Source: an uncultured cyanobacterium (GTDB taxonomy: Bacteria > Cyanobacteriota > Cyanobacteriia > PCC-9006 > JAAUQQ01). From it: a stretch of 64,000 nt of DNA. The position numbers and the translations under genes are program-made. The notes beneath the pieces were generated by a model. It was not told where the DNA came from, did not search any database, and saw nothing but the letters and a program-made list of their open reading frames with translations. Shown here in pieces: positions 1 through 10,064 of the stretch. Where the stretch lies: contig OY970368.1 of the NCBI GenBank assembly GCA_963718615.1, positions 352,001 to 416,000 of the forward strand. The letters are read 5' to 3'. The first letter of the stretch is position 1; every line of letters starts with the position of its first letter.

Positions 1-111
1 GCTTAGAAGATAAGCGCTTCCTGCGGCGATTTGCTCTGAAATCTAATCGGGTGAAACAGCTAGGGTGAAACAAAATCTGCACAATCCTAGATTGCCTTGA
101 GATTGCGATCG

Positions 112-1065
112 CTAAGAGGCTCGGGCCATCAGATTAGCGGAGTTCGGTACAGGCGTAGCAGGCAACCCCACAACATCATAATTAATTCGATTTTTACCAT
201 GAGTCTTAACGTGATACATCAGCGTATCGGAATGGTCCACGACTTCTTTAACGGTTTTGGGCAATCGAATAAAGGTTGCCACTCCCATACTGAAGCTAAT
301 CGGCCACTGATGTTCCTGGACAATCTGCATGAGTTGCTGCTGTACACGGGGCAACACAATCCGCGCTTCCTGAGGTCCGGTCTGCGGCAACATGAGCGCA
401 AATTCATCCCCACCCAGCCGAGCCACAACATCAATCGATCGCACCTGCTTGAGCATGCATTGAGAGATCAAACTGAGGAGCAAATCCCCAGTTGCATGAC
501 CAAATCGATCGTTAACAGTTTTGAAATTATCGACGTCGATGTAGGCCACGGTCAGGGGGTATCGATAGCGGCGCGATCGCAAACATTCTGCCTGAAGCAG
601 CTCATAGAAATAGCGTCGATTGGTCACGCCGGTTAGCCCATCGGTCCGCGCCAAGCGTTTTTCCCGTTCGTAGCCCGCCTTGAGTGCTGCCAAGAGATGA
701 TTAATCATCATAAAAAATCCCAGACTGACGCTCATATTCCAGTAGGGCAACCAAGGATTACCGCCGTGGAATTGGCTGATCTCGCTGCTGAGCCAGAGAA
801 TCGCGCTGGTCATGGCAATAAAACTGCCAAAATTTACCCCAGCAAACCAAGACCCCATCAAAATGGGCACGGCATAGACAATCGACAAGTTGAGCTCTGA
901 AGGAATCAAATGGTCGACCGTCGCTAGCAGCAAAACCAGCAGCAAACTCAAGATCGCGCTAAAAAAGGGCGGCTGTCCTTCGAGGTAATGAATGACCTGG
1001 GGGAAAGGATTGGCGGGGGGCTTCATGGTTAACGCATCAAGTCTGAAAAAAACACGGTGCAACAA
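112..1065 (-). CDS. Membrane-anchored GGDEF diguanylate cyclase
   Basis: About 4 N-terminal TM segments; TDGLTGVTNRR, YIDVDNFKTVNDRFGH, RSID (RxxD I-site) and ARLGGDEF. ATG start is likely at 1026. Confidence 0.92.
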   Translation of the reverse strand: MLHRVFFRLDALTMKPPANPFPQVIHYLEGQPPFFSAILSLLLVLLLATVDHLIPSELNLSIVYAVPILMGSWFAGVNFGSFIAMTSAILWLSSEISQFHGGNPWLPYWNMSVSLGFFMMINHLLAALKAGYEREKRLARTDGLTGVTNRRYFYELLQAECLRSRRYRYPLTVAYIDVDNFKTVNDRFGHATGDLLLSLISQCMLKQVRSIDVVARLGGDEFALMLPQTGPQEARIVLPRVQQQLMQIVQEHQWPISFSMGVATFIRLPKTVKEVVDHSDTLMYHVKTHGKNRINYDVVGLPATPVPNSANLMARAS

Positions 1066-1274
1066 CCTGTTAGCGAACCAAACGCTGCTCTGATGTCGGC
1101 ATCCCCAGTTGCCGTCCTTAACAAGCTCACCAAATCATTTGCTTGCAAAAAACGATGGGAACTGGGTATGATGATTGCGTATATATACGCAATTGCCTTC
1201 AGGTATAAATTATTATTGTCTAAGCTGCCGAAAATCCAAGGGTGGCTGATGCCCTTATGAAGCCTGACGAAGGA

Positions 1275-1294
1275 ACCCCTGAGGGGTCTGACCC
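1275..1294. promoter_or_regulatory. Candidate HetR-binding box (GGG-N5-CCC)
   Basis: GAGGGGTCTGACCC at 1281-1294 closely resembles the Anabaena hetP site GAGGGGTCTAACCCCTC (recalled); it lies upstream of the GGDEF gene. Confidence 0.4.
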
Positions 1295-1357
1295 ATGGAT
1301 CGCGCCAAGTGTATCACAAAGATATTGCCTGCCTGGGTTTGATGTATAAAAAAATTC

Positions 1358-3733
1358 TCACTTTCCCTCTAGTTTTTCGAGGGGAGCAAGGCTGGGGTCG
1401 AAGATTTTTTGGCCCAAATTAGGGAATTTAATGGCGATCGAAACCTTGTTTCCCACTCCGAAGACATGGGTGACTTGGCCAATCCCGAAGGAGCGATGGA
1501 GGGCGCGATCGCCCACCTGCCACTCCACAAGGGTTGCACGGTTCTTGGCTTGGGTACGGGCGGCACTGCGGGCCTGCTGACGCTGGGTTTCGACATCGAT
1601 GGCGATCGCCTTGGCCCGTTGAGTCCGATTGCCCAGGCTCACTGTATGGCCCTGCAAGAGGTCCTTGGGCAACTCTCCGAGGAACACCGAAGGCATCGCC
1701 GGTTCGCGGGAGCCCCAAAGTCGGCGAGCCATGGCATGGGTAATGAACAATTGTTCCTGGGCGCGGGTAATCCCCACATAGCAGAGGCGGCGTTCCTCTT
1801 CGATGGCCGAGGCATCATCCAAGGAGCGATAGCTCGGAAACAGGCCCTGCTCCATACCCACCAGAAAGACCACCGGAAATTCTAAGCCCTTAGACGCGTG
1901 GAGCGTCATCAAAGAAACTTGGGAGTTTTCTTCGTCCAAACTGTCTAAATCCGATGCCAGGGAGGCATTGCCCAGAAAGTTCAGCAGCGTCGCATCCTCA
2001 TTTTCTTCTTCGAATTGCAGCGCCGCATTAAATAATTCTTCGACGTTTTGCAGCCGATCTTCTGCTTCTTCGGTGCCTTCGGCCAGGAGGCTATCGCGGT
2101 AGCCCGACTCGTCGATGACCTTGCGGACCATGGCTGAAGCCGACAGGCGATCGATTTGGCCAATACAACCGAGAATCAGATTGGCAAACTCGATTACACC
2201 ACGGGACGATCGCCCCGCCAAGGTTTTCACCGAGGTTTCATCGCTCAGGATTTCCCAAAGGGGTACCCCCAGTTCCTGGGCCGCGCCGCTGAGTTTGTCC
2301 AGCGTGGATTTGCCCACGCCCCGACGGGGTACGTTGATTACCCGCAGGAGGCTGACCGTATCGGCGGGATTGGCGATCGCCCGCAAATAGGCCAAGACAT
2401 CTTTAATTTCGCGGCGATCGTAAAAACGCAACCCCCCCACCACGGTGTAGGGCACGTTGAACCGGCGCAGGACTTCTTCAAAGGCGCGGGATTGGGCATT
2501 CGTCCGATAAAGAATAGAAAATCCGCCCCAGTTGAGATTGGGGTCGTCCTGTTCTAGGCTGCGAATTTGCTGGACCACATAATCGGCTTCGACGATTTCA
2601 TCATCAGCTCGAAAACAGGTAATCGGTTCACCACTGCCCCGCGTGGGTCGCAGGACCTTATCAATCCGCTCGGTATTGTTTTGGATAATGTGGTTGGCCA
2701 CTTGGAGAATATTTTCGGTGGAGCGATAGTTTTCCTCCAGTTTGACCATGGTGCGGGTATCGTCATCGGGTAGACCGTCGCCAAAGTCTCCCTGAAAATC
2801 CATCAGAATTCTAAAGTCGGCGCAGCGGAACGAATAAATCGACTGATCGACATCGCCCACGACAAACACGGAACGCTGGTTCCAGTGATCGAACTGCTTG
2901 GGGCTGGCTCCGTTGGTGACCAGAAGGCGAATCAAGTCGTATTGGGTGCGGTTGGTGTCTTGATATTCATCCACCAAGATGTGGCGAAACCGGCGGTGCC
3001 AATAGTCTAAGATTTGTGCGTTTTGCTCAAATAGCCGCACCGGAATCAAAATGAGGTCATCAAAATCAAGGGCGTTGTTGTTGGCTAGGCCGGCCAGGTA
3101 ATACTCATAAACTTCCGCAATGACACGACCTTTGTAGTCGGGATGCTCTTTGCGATATTCGTCCGGTGAAAGGCCAAGATTTTTGGCATTGCTGATGGCA
3201 AAACGCACCGAGCGGGGCTCAAACCGTTTGGTATCGAGGTTGAGGACACCCGTAACAATATTTTTGATCAGACTCTGGACATCGGATTCATCAAAAATCG
3301 AAAACTGTTTCGTCCAGGTATGGCCTTGGGGGCTTCTATATTTATCGATATCAAACCGCAAAATACGGGCACAAAGGGCGTGGAAGGTGCCAATCCAAAG
3401 GTCTTTGAGAAAGTTTCGATAGACGCGCGATCGCAACTGGGTTTGCTCCCGACCCGACAGCAGGGACAAGGGCTTACCGTATTCGTCTTCCGCTAACTGC
3501 TGAGCAAAGATCTTTTGGATCCGCTCTTTCATTTCCCGCGCCGCCTTGTTGGTGAACGTCACCGCCAAAATATTTTCCGGGTCAATCCGATGAACCCGAA
3601 TCAAATGGGCAATTCGGTAGGTCAGCGCTCGCGTTTTCCCGGAGCCCGCTCCCGCCACCACCAGCAACGGCCCACAGAAATGCTCGACGGCAGCGCGCTG
3701 AGAAGAATTGAGGTGACTGAGGTAGTCCGACAT
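1358..3733 (-). CDS. pcrA: ATP-dependent DNA helicase PcrA/UvrD
   Basis: AGAGSGKT Walker A, VTFTNKAA, LVDEYQDTN, LEENYRS, MTLHASKGLEF, EERRLCYVGITRA; C-terminal Tudor-like domain. Confidence 0.97.
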   Translation of the reverse strand: MSDYLSHLNSSQRAAVEHFCGPLLVVAGAGSGKTRALTYRIAHLIRVHRIDPENILAVTFTNKAAREMKERIQKIFAQQLAEDEYGKPLSLLSGREQTQLRSRVYRNFLKDLWIGTFHALCARILRFDIDKYRSPQGHTWTKQFSIFDESDVQSLIKNIVTGVLNLDTKRFEPRSVRFAISNAKNLGLSPDEYRKEHPDYKGRVIAEVYEYYLAGLANNNALDFDDLILIPVRLFEQNAQILDYWHRRFRHILVDEYQDTNRTQYDLIRLLVTNGASPKQFDHWNQRSVFVVGDVDQSIYSFRCADFRILMDFQGDFGDGLPDDDTRTMVKLEENYRSTENILQVANHIIQNNTERIDKVLRPTRGSGEPITCFRADDEIVEADYVVQQIRSLEQDDPNLNWGGFSILYRTNAQSRAFEEVLRRFNVPYTVVGGLRFYDRREIKDVLAYLRAIANPADTVSLLRVINVPRRGVGKSTLDKLSGAAQELGVPLWEILSDETSVKTLAGRSSRGVIEFANLILGCIGQIDRLSASAMVRKVIDESGYRDSLLAEGTEEAEDRLQNVEELFNAALQFEEENEDATLLNFLGNASLASDLDSLDEENSQVSLMTLHASKGLEFPVVFLVGMEQGLFPSYRSLDDASAIEEERRLCYVGITRAQEQLFITHAMARRLWGSREPAMPSVFLGELPKDLLQGHTVSLGNRTQRAKAIAIDVETQRQQARSAARTQAKNRATLVEWQVGDRALHRSFGIGQVTHVFGVGNKVSIAIKFPNLGQKIFDPSLAPLEKLEGK

Positions 3734-3848
3734 GGGGCAGATGGATCAAGCGTACGCAATCCAGCCTATCGCAGATTCTGGAGTCGGAGCAGACGGATTC
3801 GGCGAACCGATGGGTCTGCTCCGAGGGTGATTCCAAACGCCAGGGAAA

Positions 3849-4616
3849 CTAGGCTCGGCTGGGAATGAGCTCAGATTGCAGGGCTTCCACTAGCCCCTGG
3901 ACCGCTGCGGTCATTTCAATTTCTGATTCCAGACGGTTGATGGCAGAGCCAACCCCGACCCCAGAAGCACCGGCAGCGATCGCCATGGGCACCGTCACCG
4001 TAGATAGACCCGAAGCACAGAGCACCGGCACTTCCACTGCGCGGGAAATTTCCCAAGCTGCCGCCAGGGTCGGCACAGCCTTTTCGATCAGCCCCATCAA
4101 ACCAGCATGCTGCGGCTGGATGCTTGTGCCACCTTCGGTTTGGATCATGTCGGCCCCTGCGGCCACAAGGGCTTCAGCCAAGGCTGCCTGCTCACCCAGA
4201 TTGAGGATGTGGGGAACCGTCACCGACATAGCCACCTTGGGCAGCAGCGCGCGGGTCCGGCGGGTGAGCTCTAGGACTTCAGCAGCTTCAAACCGACGGC
4301 CCTGGGCATAGAAGGCATCAAAATTACCGATTTCGATCAGGTCCGCACCGGCTTCCACCGCTGGCACAAACTGCTCGGGTTCGATGGCCGAGACACAGAC
4401 AGGCAGGTGGGTATTGTGCCGAGCCAAACGCACAAGATTGGCATCCGCTGCAATATCTACAAAAGTCGCACCGCCACGGCTAGCTGCGCGGACAATCATG
4501 GCCACGCGATCGCCATTAAAGTTTGTCAAACCGCTAATGACTTTCAAAGCTTGGCCCCGTTCTAGGGCTTGCAGCAAACTTGGGGGCATCGTCGTCATAG
4601 TGTTGTCTCCCAGCAT
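3849..4616 (-). CDS. DUF561/Ycf23 family TIM-barrel protein
   Basis: LKVISGLTNF, ATFVDIAAD, IEIGNFDAFY and IQTEGGT motifs. Confidence 0.88.
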   Translation of the reverse strand: MLGDNTMTTMPPSLLQALERGQALKVISGLTNFNGDRVAMIVRAASRGGATFVDIAADANLVRLARHNTHLPVCVSAIEPEQFVPAVEAGADLIEIGNFDAFYAQGRRFEAAEVLELTRRTRALLPKVAMSVTVPHILNLGEQAALAEALVAAGADMIQTEGGTSIQPQHAGLMGLIEKAVPTLAAAWEISRAVEVPVLCASGLSTVTVPMAIAAGASGVGVGSAINRLESEIEMTAAVQGLVEALQSELIPSRA

Positions 4617-4805
4617 TATTCCCCTAATTCTACGGGAGGATCGGGCGATCGCTGAAGCCTAAATCAGAAAAATCCCTAAAAATCTCAGCAATTTTGCCTA
4701 ATTTTTTAGGGATTCTATACATTTGGCTAGAGAAAATCCCGGAGGTTTTTAAGAAGCGAAAATTCTACGGAAAGCATAAAAATCAAGCCTCTCGTCACCC
4801 CTCTC

Positions 4806-5399
4806 CTAGGAGGCACGCACCAACGGTGTTCGATTGATCACTTTGTCGATCAGACCATAGTCCGCTGCCTCCGCTGCCGACATAAAAAAGTCCCGTTCTG
4901 TATCATCGGTAATTTTGGTCAAGGGTTGGCCTGTGTTGTCCGCCAGGATAATATTCAGTCGCTGCTTGGTTTTGATAATTTCTCGCGCCTGAATTTCAAT
5001 ATCCGTGGCCTGTCCTTGAGCCCCGCCAATGGGCTGGTGGATCATGATCCGAGAGTGGGGCAGGCTACTGCGCTTACCCTTGGCTCCAGCCGCCAGCAAA
5101 AATGCACCCATACTGGCTGCGAGCCCCACGCAGACCGTTGCCACATCCGGACCGATATGGTTCATGGTGTCAAAAATACCCATACCCGCTGTAACCGATC
5201 CGCCTGGAGAGTTGATGTAGAGATAAATATCCTTTTCCGCGTCCTCCGCTTCCAAGAACAACAACTGCGCCACAATCAGGTTGGCGACGTCAGAATCCAC
5301 AGGCTGACCCAGGAAAACGATGCGTTCTCTAAGCAAACGAGAGTAAATATCAAACGCGCGTTCGCCCCGCCCAGATTCTTCGACAACAATGGGAATCAT
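4806..5399 (-). CDS. clpP: ATP-dependent Clp protease proteolytic subunit
   Basis: [23 protein letters not shown] start at 5399; YINSPGG, AASMGA (catalytic Ser), IMIHQP (catalytic His). Confidence 0.97.
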   Translation of the reverse strand: MIPIVVEESGRGERAFDIYSRLLRERIVFLGQPVDSDVANLIVAQLLFLEAEDAEKDIYLYINSPGGSVTAGMGIFDTMNHIGPDVATVCVGLAASMGAFLLAAGAKGKRSSLPHSRIMIHQPIGGAQGQATDIEIQAREIIKTKQRLNIILADNTGQPLTKITDDTERDFFMSAAEAADYGLIDKVINRTPLVRAS

Positions 5400-5578
5400 C
5401 AAACGTACCTGTTCTGTTTTATTCGCTCCTTTGATTCTAAAGATTTTTGTGGAGGTCCGACGAAAGACAGGCGGGGGATTTTGCCCGTTGGATCCGTTCC
5501 TCAGCTTTCCAAAGGGTTCAGGATCAAGCACAATTAAGATTTGGATGTCTTGAAGTTTTGTCTACACTCCTCAGTCCT

Positions 5579-6316
5579 GTGAACAACGTCCCTACGGTCT
5601 CTGATACCAAACGTGCGTTTTACAACGCCCACACCCGTCCGATCAACTCGATCTACCGTCGGGTCGTTGAGGAACTGCTGGTTGAAATGCATTTGCTGTC
5701 GGTGAATGACAATTTCACCTACGACCCCCTCTTTGCCCTCGGGGTGGTCACGTCCTTCGATCGCTTTATGGATGGCTACCGACCTGAGGCCGACCGCACT
5801 TCGATTTTTTCAGCCCTGTGCCAAGCCCTCCAGCAAAGTCCCGACACCTATCGCAGGGATGCAGAGACGATGCTTCAGGCGGTTAGCGATGTGGAGCTCG
5901 GGTCTCTGCTAGGTTGGCTCCAAGGGGAAAACAGTCTGGCTCCAGAGCCTTTGCAAGGGGTGTTGAATGCGATCGCCCATCGCCCGACGTTCAAGTATAG
6001 CCGCCTCTTTGGCGTAGGTTTGTTCACCATCCTGGAAAAGGTTGACGCGACCTTGCTGAAACAAAAAACGGAGGAGCGCATCAAGCTACTCCAGCCGGTG
6101 ACTGACCATTTGAATTTGCCCCTCGATAAACTGCAAAAGGATCTCGAAACCTACGCCAGCAATTTAGAGAAAATGGCCCAGGCCAAAATTGTCATGGAAG
6201 AGGCGGTCCAGGCAGAACGCAAGAAGCGCGAGCAGCGGGAGCAAGAGCGTAAAGCCAAGGCAGCAGCCACGGATGCCCCCCCGGCTTCGGACACCCCGGA
6301 TCAAGCGGTTTCCTAG
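5579..6316 (+). CDS. psb29: Photosystem II biogenesis protein Psb29/Thf1
   Basis: GTG start at 5579: NNVPTVSDTKRAFY..RPINSIYRRVVEELLVEMHLL; FKYSRLF; C-terminal coiled coil. Confidence 0.95.
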   Translation: MNNVPTVSDTKRAFYNAHTRPINSIYRRVVEELLVEMHLLSVNDNFTYDPLFALGVVTSFDRFMDGYRPEADRTSIFSALCQALQQSPDTYRRDAETMLQAVSDVELGSLLGWLQGENSLAPEPLQGVLNAIAHRPTFKYSRLFGVGLFTILEKVDATLLKQKTEERIKLLQPVTDHLNLPLDKLQKDLETYASNLEKMAQAKIVMEEAVQAERKKREQREQERKAKAAATDAPPASDTPDQAVS

Positions 6317-6353
6317 CCCTCCATCTCTGCCCATTGACAATATAAACGGACAA

Positions 6354-6393
6354 TATAAAAAGGGACTTAGCCAAGGCCAGGTCCCTTTTTATA
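6354..6393. terminator. Bidirectional intrinsic terminator
   Basis: TATAAAAAGGGAC...GTCCCTTTTTATA inverted repeat between convergent genes. Confidence 0.8.
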
Positions 6394-6437
6394 GGGGAAT
6401 ATTGATTTTGAGAAGCTGTGTTGGTCGCCTCAGGGAA

Positions 6438-6836
6438 TTAGCTGAGGGCTAGCTTTTTGCGAGACCAGCCGAGGAGCGATCGCCATGTTCCTTCGGAATT
6501 TGCAGTCTCCGGCTTTGAGCAGGTCTCTGGCGCAGCTGGGCCTGATTCTCCCTGGGCCAACTCCTCCGGTGAGAGCAAAAGCTGATCTGACGGACGGATC
6601 AACATTTCTCCTCGATTTAAGGCTTGCCTCCATTCTTGACCTAGCCGCCAAGCTCGTAGCTTGGTTCCGTTCCAGCGAGGGTTTACCGAATAGCCTTCGA
6701 ACCCAGCCCTTAAGGCCGAATGACAGACCGGAGGCAACGATGTTCGGGCCCGAACATCAGCACTCAACTCAACAATCGAGAAACAGGGCTGCTGATTATT
6801 TTCAGCCATGGCACTCACCTCCGAGAGATTCATCAA
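6438..6836 (-). CDS. Hypothetical protein of cyanobacterial type
   Basis: 132-aa ORF ending at the terminator; GFEGYSVNPRWN..AWRLGQEWRQAL core looks protein-like. Confidence 0.6.
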   Translation of the reverse strand: MMNLSEVSAMAENNQQPCFSIVELSADVRARTSLPPVCHSALRAGFEGYSVNPRWNGTKLRAWRLGQEWRQALNRGEMLIRPSDQLLLSPEELAQGESGPAAPETCSKPETANSEGTWRSLLGWSRKKLALS

Positions 6837-6980
6837 TGGATACTCACAGCTACTAGCGTCTGGTACAGATTGACCTAGCGGCTGCTTCTTGACATATAGG
6901 GAAACCCAATATTGAGCTCAGTTGTAGATCGAATATCAGCGAACCACAGGACCCGAAAGCCTAATGACCTTAAGGCTTTA

Positions 6981-7048
6981 AGCACAAGGGTCTTAGTCCA
7001 AGAGTCTTAGTCCGAGGATCTCAGCACGAGGGTTCTATCCAAGGCTTT
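6981..7048. repeat. Degenerate 14-nt tandem repeat, about 5 copies
   Basis: AGCACAAGGGTCTT / AGTCCAAGAGTCTT / AGTCCGAGGATCTC / AGCACGAGGGTTCT / ATCCAAGGCTTT. Confidence 0.65.
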
Positions 7049-7353
7049 GATTCAATATCCGAGCCTAAATTAGGCTCAGAATGGAAAACCAGTCTTCTTT
7101 CCTTAGGAATTTCGACTTACCTTGTGTAAAGACCCACTATATTTAGGTTTTCACCCCAATCACCGCAGATCCGACAAGATTAAGACAAATATTTAAAGAA
7201 AGACACCCTTTTCCCTAGGGATTACTCTCTTGCGATTATCTTTTCCCTAGCGTTAAATCACGACAACTCCGTAATTTGGGTTAGGGACGTGATTTTGAGT
7301 ATGAAAAGACTGTCCTCGCGATGCGAAGCCGCTGATGCTTTGCGTCTGCTTTG

Positions 7354-7392
7354 ATTATAGATTCCAATCTGTGGAATGTAACCCTTTGTAAG
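7354..7392 (-). promoter_or_regulatory. Promoter with HLR1-like (RpaB) direct repeat
   Basis: Minus strand reads CTTACAAA-GG-GTTACATT (7392-7375), followed 15 nt later by TATAAT (7359-7354). Confidence 0.55.
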
Positions 7393-7420
7393 TAAAGATG
7401 TAGCTTTCGGTGAAATTGCG

Positions 7421-8011
7421 CTACCCAATCGGGCTGATGTGTGGAAGCGGGTGAATTTGGGTGATGAGGTGGTCAAGCTCCGGCAGAATGAGCTGGGTCA
7501 TTCCCAGGCGGACGGCATTGCTGGAGCCGGGTAGCGCAAAAATCAGGGTGGGATGGGGCGGGGCGGGCAAGATGCCAGCGATCGCCCGAGAGGCCAGCGC
7601 CCGCGAGCCAATCTCTTGATAACTTAGCCAGCGAAACAATTCCCCGAACCCTGGGATTTCGGTCTGAATGGCCTGGGTAATGACGTCATAGGTGGTATCC
7701 CGAGGAGCCAACCCTGTTCCCCCACTGGTGATGATGGCTTGGGGGGCTTGAACGTTTTTTACGTCTTGGATCCAGGCGGCGATTTGGGCCGGTTCATCTG
7801 GAACAATCCCATAGGCAACGACGATGTGCCCTGCATTGGTGAGCAAGGTTTGGGCCAGTTGACCACTGCGATCGCTCACCACCGTGCGGGTATCACTAAT
7901 CGTTAAGACAGCACAGGCGATCGCTCCCCTTGTGCCATCTGGATGGGGGTGCTCTGAAGAGGACTTTTCCGGATTAGGCTTTCGAGAACCCAAGGCCATT
8001 GGCCTCCGCAT
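7421..8011 (-). CDS. moaB: MogA/MoaB family molybdenum cofactor biosynthesis protein
   Basis: [41 protein letters not shown] and FALPGS motifs. Confidence 0.9.
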   Translation of the reverse strand: MRRPMALGSRKPNPEKSSSEHPHPDGTRGAIACAVLTISDTRTVVSDRSGQLAQTLLTNAGHIVVAYGIVPDEPAQIAAWIQDVKNVQAPQAIITSGGTGLAPRDTTYDVITQAIQTEIPGFGELFRWLSYQEIGSRALASRAIAGILPAPPHPTLIFALPGSSNAVRLGMTQLILPELDHLITQIHPLPHISPIG

Positions 8012-8315
8012 AGCGATTCATAAACCGCATAAACCGCTCCCACTCTTCTTCGCTGCGCATTTGATAGGTGGCTTCAATGCCTGCGGGTTGTCCGTTAATG
8101 AACTTGGCATAGACATCGCGGGAAACCAATTCGCCTTCTTCGTCAATCAGATAGAGCCCGGTAATGTCCTGCTTTTCTTCCCCAACCAGGGCTTTAGGTC
8201 CTTCAAAATAAAAAATAGCTTGCCCGGTACTGCCGTCTTTGGAGCGGGTCAAACGCACGTCAGGAACGACTTCTTCATCAATGCCTTGAAAAAACTGGAT
8301 TCGCGCCATGGCCAT
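7974..8315 (-). CDS. psb28: Photosystem II reaction centre assembly protein Psb28
   Basis: [25 protein letters not shown]...KFING...[19 protein letters not shown]. Confidence 0.97.
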   Translation of the reverse strand: MAMARIQFFQGIDEEVVPDVRLTRSKDGSTGQAIFYFEGPKALVGEEKQDITGLYLIDEEGELVSRDVYAKFINGQPAGIEATYQMRSEEEWERFMRFMNRYAEANGLGFSKA

Positions 8316-8551
8316 GATTGTGTCTCTCCCCTCGGTGACAGAACTCCTAGGTCGTTGCTAAGGGGTTGATAACCCGAGGAACAACGCCGATTAAGGAAAT
8401 GTTAACTTTTCTTCATCATACCGAACCACGCTTCAAAACCCGAATCAAGGTCTAAGAAATTTCGGGATTTCCGACCCAGGCCGGTTATCCATCACCTAAA
8501 GAGGCGCTTTATCATGGCAGACAGGATCTCTCTTGAGGTCCGACCTATCCC

Positions 8552-10024
8552 TTGGCCCTTGACGTTGAGCAACTGACTTTGAAGACCTCTGTGCCTGTGT
8601 CCAATTTGCCTGTGTCCAATTTGCCTGTGTCCAATGTTCTAGAATCTGTCCTAGCTGATGTCCCTGATGGTGACGTTACCGAGGGTGATGTTGCCGCTAG
8701 TGATGTTGCTGGTTATGCGGTGGAAGCGATCGCCCTAGACAATGGCTTGACGCTGATTTATCAATATTTGCCGACCCCCATCGTCGTGGTAGATGCTTGG
8801 CTGGGGGCTGGTGCGGCGGTAGAGCCGCCGGAATGGGCCGGTGCGGCTCATTTTTTGGAACACATGGTGTTTCGCGGGACAGAGCGGATTCAGCCCGGTG
8901 CCTTCGATCGCATCATCGAAAATAGTGGCGGCCTCACCAATGCGGCCACCGGACATGACTATGTCCACTACTACATCACGGCAACGGCTCAACAACTGCC
9001 CGCCATGCTCCCCGCCTTTGCGGATTTGCTGTTGAATGCAGCAATTCCAGAGGACGAGTTTGAGCGGGAACGGCAGGTAGTCCTGGAAGAAATTCGCCAA
9101 GCTCAGGATGAACCCGATTGGGTTGGTCTCCAGGTGCTAGCGGCTCAGATCTATGGCGATCATCCCTATGGCCGTCCGATTTTGGGAACAGAGGCCCATC
9201 TCTTGGCCCAATCGCCCCTGACGCTGCGGCAGTTTCACCAAACCCATTATCGGCCTGAGCAGATGACGCTGGTGGTGGTGGGGGGGCTAGAGCGCGATCG
9301 CGCCTTAGCTTTGGTGCAAGAGCATTTTCAGCCTCAACCCCGTTCCAAGGCAAAATCCAAGGCAAAATCCAAGGGAACGTCCAAGAGAAGGTCCAAGGGA
9401 GACAGTTCACGGCTCGATTCCCCAGCCACGCCCTATCCTCCAGTGGAGTGGCCCACGCCATCGCGACCCCAGCGACAGGTGCTGACATTGCCCAACCTGG
9501 AACAGACGCGGTTGCTGCTGGCTTGGGTCGGACCGGGGTTGGACGAGCCGCGTGTCGGCACGGGCCTCGACCTTTTGGCGGCTATTTTGACCGAGGGGCG
9601 GCTATCGCGACTGGTGTGGAGTTTGCGGGAGGAGCGGGGTTGGGTGATGGATATTGATGGGGATTATTCGAGCGATCGCCACTCCGGTCTCTTGGGTCTG
9701 ACCGCTTGGCTAGAGCCCCAGTATCTAGACAGCGTGGAAGCCTTTATTCACGAACAAATTCAGCGCTTGCACCAAGAGCTGATTAGCGAAGTGGAGTTGC
9801 AGCGGGCCAAACGGTTACTGTGCAATGACTTTGCCTTTTCCCTGGAGACCCCCGGCCAACGGGCGGATCTCTATGGCTACTACGCCACCCTCGGCAATCT
9901 AGAACTCGCCTTTGCCTATCCAGACTGGGTTAAACAATGGACCCCAGAAACACTCCAGGCGTTGGCCATTCAGTATCTTTCCCGAGAAACCTGTGCCACA
10001 ACCATTCTGCAACCGGAGGACTAG
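8552..10024 (+). CDS. M16 family zinc peptidase, catalytic subunit
   Basis: HFLEH (HxxEH), NAATGHD, ERERQVVLEE, HPYGRPILG. The true start may be later because the N-terminus is repeat-derived. Confidence 0.92.
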   Translation: MALDVEQLTLKTSVPVSNLPVSNLPVSNVLESVLADVPDGDVTEGDVAASDVAGYAVEAIALDNGLTLIYQYLPTPIVVVDAWLGAGAAVEPPEWAGAAHFLEHMVFRGTERIQPGAFDRIIENSGGLTNAATGHDYVHYYITATAQQLPAMLPAFADLLLNAAIPEDEFERERQVVLEEIRQAQDEPDWVGLQVLAAQIYGDHPYGRPILGTEAHLLAQSPLTLRQFHQTHYRPEQMTLVVVGGLERDRALALVQEHFQPQPRSKAKSKAKSKGTSKRRSKGDSSRLDSPATPYPPVEWPTPSRPQRQVLTLPNLEQTRLLLAWVGPGLDEPRVGTGLDLLAAILTEGRLSRLVWSLREERGWVMDIDGDYSSDRHSGLLGLTAWLEPQYLDSVEAFIHEQIQRLHQELISEVELQRAKRLLCNDFAFSLETPGQRADLYGYYATLGNLELAFAYPDWVKQWTPETLQALAIQYLSRETCATTILQPED

Positions 10025-10064
10025 GGGCACATTCCGAGCAACAGGAGGTTAAGGTGAAGAAGTA

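Noticed and set aside
49-72. GGGTGAAACA x2 resembling the Yfr2 GGAAACA motif
   Set aside because: The motif differs and fits the window-wide 12-15-nt tandem duplications.
6981-7048. Possible mini-CRISPR array
   Set aside because: 14-nt degenerate units with no spacers; no cas genes or CRISPR array seen in the window.
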